NCBI GenBank assembly: GCA_017652685.1
Contig: JAGCAN010000001.1
Location: 17,311 to 81,310 of the forward strand
Source: Oscillospiraceae bacterium
GTDB taxonomy: Bacteria > Bacillota > Clostridia > Oscillospirales > Oscillospiraceae
DNA: 64,000 nt
Direction of reading: 5' to 3'
Of this stretch, positions 60,724 through 64,000 are shown piece after piece. The position numbers were made by a program, and so were the translations under genes. A model generated the notes under the pieces. It worked only from the letters and a program-made list of their open reading frames with translations. It did not search any database and had not been told where the DNA came from. How positions within the stretch are numbered: the first letter of the stretch is position 1; the number at the start of each line of letters is the position of its first letter.

Positions 60724-61808
60724 GTGATCAAAAAGAAAAGTTCAAAGACGAACTGATCATCGCACTCACGCCGTTCCTGCAGCCGGAATACATCGAGGCC
60801 GTGAAAGCGAAGATCACGATCCTGACACACAACTACGAGATATCGAAGGCGGAAAACGAGATCATAGTCTACGAAGGAGACGTGAACGAGCGGATTGTAA
60901 AAAGGTATCTCATGGCGAAGACGGCACAGGGGCTGTCGAAGAGGACGATAGAGTTCTATCAGCTGTCGTTGGAGCTCTTTTTCGGGGAAATACAGAAACC
61001 GTTTACACAGATCACGGCCGACGACATCCGGTATTGGATCGCACTGAAACTGTCAAGGGACGGCGTGTCAAAGACAGGAGTGAACAACTACAGAAGGAAC
61101 ATCAGCGCTTTTTATACATGGCTGCAGAAAGAAGAGATCCTCCTCAAGAACCCGATGAACAAGGTCCCGCCGCTAAAGGAGACAAAGAAAAAGAAGCACG
61201 CGTTTGAACTCCTCGACCTAGAACTTATACGGATGGGATGCAGGGACGAGAGACAGAAGGCAATGGTGGAAATGCTCACATCGACATGGTGCCGGGCGGA
61301 CGAACTGGTCAACATCAGGACGGATGATGTCGAAGAGGGCCGCGTGATGATACACGGCAAAGGAGACAAATACAGATACGTATTCATTAATGCCAGGGCA
61401 AAGCTCGCCTTAGATGTGTACCTGAATCAGAGAAAGGATAACAACCCATATCTGTTCCCGAGAGCCAAAAATATTTTGGGGAATATTGATAAATATTCCA
61501 GACATGCGAAAGAAACGGGAACAGGCGCATGGGAATGGTGGAAGGATCCTGAGATGGTAAGCGAAGACGGCCACATAGACGAGAGCACGCTGGGCTCGAT
61601 TATTAGGAAGATAGGACAAAGGGCGGGAGTCAAAAATGTCCACCCGCACAGATTCCGCAGGACAGGAGCAACGATGGCGCTCAGGGCCGGAATGCCGATC
61701 ACAACAGTATCTAAGCTGCTTGGGCACGAGAGTATTGAGACGACACAGATCTATCTGGATATCTCAGACAAGGACCTGGAGCAGGCACATGAGAAATATG
61801 TGTTCTAA
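60720..61808 (+). CDS. Tyrosine recombinase paralog 1 (second copy)
   Basis: Identical translation at +47,893. Confidence 0.85.
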   Translation: MSDQKEKFKDELIIALTPFLQPEYIEAVKAKITILTHNYEISKAENEIIVYEGDVNERIVKRYLMAKTAQGLSKRTIEFYQLSLELFFGEIQKPFTQITADDIRYWIALKLSRDGVSKTGVNNYRRNISAFYTWLQKEEILLKNPMNKVPPLKETKKKKHAFELLDLELIRMGCRDERQKAMVEMLTSTWCRADELVNIRTDDVEEGRVMIHGKGDKYRYVFINARAKLALDVYLNQRKDNNPYLFPRAKNILGNIDKYSRHAKETGTGAWEWWKDPEMVSEDGHIDESTLGSIIRKIGQRAGVKNVHPHRFRRTGATMALRAGMPITTVSKLLGHESIETTQIYLDISDKDLEQAHEKYVF

Positions 61809-61836
61809 ATTGTCGGAAAGCGAGGTGACCATAAAT

Positions 61837-62043
61837 ATGGCTAATGGCAGCTATCACTTCTGCAGGGACTGTATCCACCATCACGGGATCACTACCAGAG
61901 AGGCCAGGAAAGACGGGCACACATTTATCGTGCAGAAGTGCCCGGTATCCAGCGGAGAGTCATGGTGGTACAAAGCAGATTACGGAAAGCTCTTACACAC
62001 CTGCCCGGAGTTCAGCCCGGAGCAGATACAGATGGAGGTTTGA
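61837..62043 (+). CDS. Small Cys-rich protein (second copy of 13944-14150)
   Basis: Same sequence at +47,893. Confidence 0.45.
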   Translation: MANGSYHFCRDCIHHHGITTREARKDGHTFIVQKCPVSSGESWWYKADYGKLLHTCPEFSPEQIQMEV

Positions 62044-62046
62044 AAG

Positions 62047-62292
62047 ATGAAGAATACATTGACAAATTTGAATAACTACCTGTTCGAGCAGCTGGAGCGG
62101 CTTAATGATGACTCGCTTTCGGAGGAAGAGCTCGATCGAGAGATGAAGAAGGCCGACGCGATCGTCAAGGTCTCCGACAAGATCATACAGACCGGCGAGC
62201 TCGCCCTCCGGACGATCAAGCATCGGGATGAATACGGATACAACAACAAGACCAATCAGATGCCGGACATCCTCCAGCTTGAGGCGAAGTGA
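62047..62292 (+). CDS. Hypothetical protein (second copy of 14154-14399)
   Basis: Identical translation at +47,893. Confidence 0.5.
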   Translation: MKNTLTNLNNYLFEQLERLNDDSLSEEELDREMKKADAIVKVSDKIIQTGELALRTIKHRDEYGYNNKTNQMPDILQLEAK

Positions 62293-62293
62293 T

Positions 62294-63307
62294 ATGGGGA
62301 TCCATGACAGATATCCTCCGGAAGTCCACGAGTTTGTAAAGCACATGTCCCCGAAGCTTAGAGATATTGATCTGGCACATGCGTGCAATGTTGAGCTTGG
62401 GACCAGTTTCACAAAGTCCAGCATGAAGGCGTTCCGATACAACCATGGATACCTTAACGGTAAAGGCAAGCTGACAAGTGAGGAATACTGGAAGTATCAG
62501 ACCAGGTATCCGCAAGGCATGTACGAGTTCATCCGTGACAATTCCTGGAATGTCAGTTCTGAAGAGATGGCCAATATGACAAATGAGAAGTTCGGCACTA
62601 ACTGGACTAAGACAGGAATGAAACAGTTTCGGCAGCGCCACGGGATCAAGTCCGGCCTGAAAGGCTGGTTCCAGAAGGGGCATCCCCCTGGGAATAAGGG
62701 CAAGAAACAGTCAGAGTATTGCAGTCCGGAAGCGATCGAAAAAAGCCGTAAGACACAGTTCAAAAAAGGGCATAAGCCAGTAAATGAGCTGCCGGTCGGA
62801 TCAGTCGTCGTCAACTCATACGGATACCTGCTCCGCAAGACGCGGATGGAAGGTAAGTTGTGGGACCGCTGGGAGTTTGTGCACAGGGCTGTCTGGGAAG
62901 AGCATAACGGCCCGGTCCCGCCGTATATGGTCGTCGCCTTTAAGGATGGCAATAAGATGCACTGCAACATAGACAACCTGATGCTTATTACTCAGAGCGA
63001 GAACATGACACTTACACACCTTAATCTCCGCTCCGAGGATCCTGACCTGACAGAGGCAGGGCTCAATCTTGCAAGGGTAAAGACAAAGCTCCGGAAGCTC
63101 CGGAACGCTGGCGACATAAAGACTGGGCAGAATATCCTAAGGGTAATGGATGAGAAGAATATCACGAAGGAAGAGCTCGCGAAAATGGTAGGCGTGTCCA
63201 AATACACGCTCTGGAATTATATCAAGGGATATAACCCCGTACCTGATCCGCGCCTCGGGCAGATCGCAAATGCGCTTGGTGTGTCAAAACAGGAATTGAG
63301 ACCTTAA
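62294..63307 (+). CDS. HNH_3-like protein with XRE HTH (second copy)
   Basis: Identical translation at +47,893. Confidence 0.7.
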   Translation: MGIHDRYPPEVHEFVKHMSPKLRDIDLAHACNVELGTSFTKSSMKAFRYNHGYLNGKGKLTSEEYWKYQTRYPQGMYEFIRDNSWNVSSEEMANMTNEKFGTNWTKTGMKQFRQRHGIKSGLKGWFQKGHPPGNKGKKQSEYCSPEAIEKSRKTQFKKGHKPVNELPVGSVVVNSYGYLLRKTRMEGKLWDRWEFVHRAVWEEHNGPVPPYMVVAFKDGNKMHCNIDNLMLITQSENMTLTHLNLRSEDPDLTEAGLNLARVKTKLRKLRNAGDIKTGQNILRVMDEKNITKEELAKMVGVSKYTLWNYIKGYNPVPDPRLGQIANALGVSKQELRP

Positions 63308-63462
63308 CCCGTCCGGACGGTTAAGCATATACCGGAACAGGCAACCATCAACGCACGAGACAACAGAAAGGAGGATCCTTCTTGCGGTGTGCGGCGCGAT
63401 TATTGCGAATGTGAATACCAGGCCCGCGGGGGAACCGGCGCGGGCATTATGAGGAGGAGAAA

Positions 63463-63801
63463 ATGGAATGCATTATTTCGGGAAGAAGGTCTGGGCGAAC
63501 AACTAAAATGATTGAAATGTGCGCGGAGCACCCGGGATCGGTAATAGTCGCACCGAATCAAAGGGCTGCCGAATCCATATTTCATATGGCGGTCATGATG
63601 GGGAAGCAGATCCCATTCCCTATGACGTTCAATCATTTCGCGTTCAGATGTTACACAAAAGGCCAATACAAAGAGTACCTGTTTGACGACCTGGACAGAT
63701 CCCTTCAGCTTATGGCCGGATCCGGCAGGGTTGCAGCGGCAACAATGGAAAGCGAGGAAAGCATATGGATAAGAGAGCAATTGATGAGCTGCTCGATATA
63801 A
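63463..63801 (+). CDS. Hypothetical protein (second copy of 15570-15908)
   Basis: Identical translation at +47,893. Confidence 0.45.
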   Translation: MECIISGRRSGRTTKMIEMCAEHPGSVIVAPNQRAAESIFHMAVMMGKQIPFPMTFNHFAFRCYTKGQYKEYLFDDLDRSLQLMAGSGRVAAATMESEESIWIREQLMSCSI

Positions 63802-63953
63802 ATGACAGGGTCATAAAAGCCAATGAGGAGCTCATTAAGGTAAACGAGAACGCCATGAAGATCATCGGCGACCTGGTAGCTTTGCTTAAGGTCAAGGCGG
63901 TAACAGGCGGCAGAAACAAGGTGACAGATGAACAGACTGGCGATAGGCCGTAA
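63765..63953 (+). CDS. Hypothetical coiled-coil protein (second copy of 15872-16060)
   Basis: Identical translation at +47,893. Confidence 0.35.
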   Translation: MDKRAIDELLDINDRVIKANEELIKVNENAMKIIGDLVALLKVKAVTGGRNKVTDEQTGDRP

Positions 63954-64000
63954 CATCCGGAAAGCTTTGGACAAGCGGAAGCTGTCGCAGGTGTGGCTTG
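63928..64000 (+). CDS. XRE HTH regulator, 5' part only (second copy of 16035-16256, cut by the window end)
   Basis: Same sequence at +47,893. Truncated. Confidence 0.6.
   Translation, partial: MNRLAIGRNIRKALDKRKLSQVWL

Larger units (their letters stand above)
1..64000. mobile_element. Temperate siphovirus-like phage genome (Gram-positive/Clostridia-type host), 47,893-bp unit present about 1.34 times
   Basis: Contiguous replication, packaging, head, tail, lysis and lysogeny modules. No host housekeeping genes. ORF set repeats at +47,893. Confidence 0.85.
47894..64000. repeat. Right copy of 16,107-bp direct repeat (equals 1-16107)
   Basis: Same as the left copy. The repeat touches both window edges. 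Confidence 0.95.

Noticed and set aside
1-64000. Reverse transcriptase-based systems (DGR, retron, DRT), tRNA/tmRNA genes, rRNA
   Set aside because: No ORF has the RT motifs (for example YxDD in an RT context). None of the intergenic regions I read (7260-7527, 8768-9633, 15415-15569, 21684-21909, 39096-39536, 43546-43657, 44975-45087, 46251-46442) shows a cloverleaf-like tRNA arrangement. This was a by-eye check only.

Overview
The window holds one temperate, siphovirus-type phage genome from a Gram-positive (Clostridia-like) host. No host flanks are visible. Positions 1-16107 match 47894-64000 wherever I compared them, so the unit length is 47,893 bp and the window covers about 1.34 units. 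This fits an unrolled circular contig, a concatemer or a tandem prophage.

Almost all genes are on the + strand. The order is:
(1) a Sak4-type replication/recombination module: SMC-like ATPase, AAA_24 ATPase, DUF669-like protein, SF2 helicase, primase-helicase, an iteron-dense putative origin, and RusA;
(2) a long early/accessory region. It contains an ORF-free, purine-skewed stretch of about 860 bp, a small serine recombinase, a methyltransferase-like protein lacking its catalytic motif, two paralogous tyrosine recombinases, an HNH-HTH protein, several XRE regulators and many tiny coupled genes;
(3) packaging and head genes: two HNH nucleases, portal, head-morphogenesis protein, TerL, scaffold and major capsid;
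(4) two transferases (one TagF-like, one GT-A-like) wedged between the capsid and connector genes;
(5) the tail module: major tail, G/GT chaperone with a canonical -1 slippery site, tape measure, baseplate proteins, and a BppU-type receptor-binding protein with duplicated domains and an SGNH esterase;
(6) a lysis cassette with a holin and two endolysins;
(7) a minus-strand lysogeny block: an autoregulated small operon, a large serine integrase, a HIRAN-like protein, an ImmA-like protein and an XRE repressor, facing a Cro-like gene.

The most interesting signals are these. The capsid and tail tube share a C-terminal GATGATG tag and sit next to the TagF-like/GT pair, which suggests a teichoic-acid-like decoration of the virion. 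The GGCA-word-rich non-coding block lies directly after a protein with RAMP-like motifs. The phage also carries an unusual load of four site-specific recombinases.

All functional calls come from motif reading by eye; no database search was possible.
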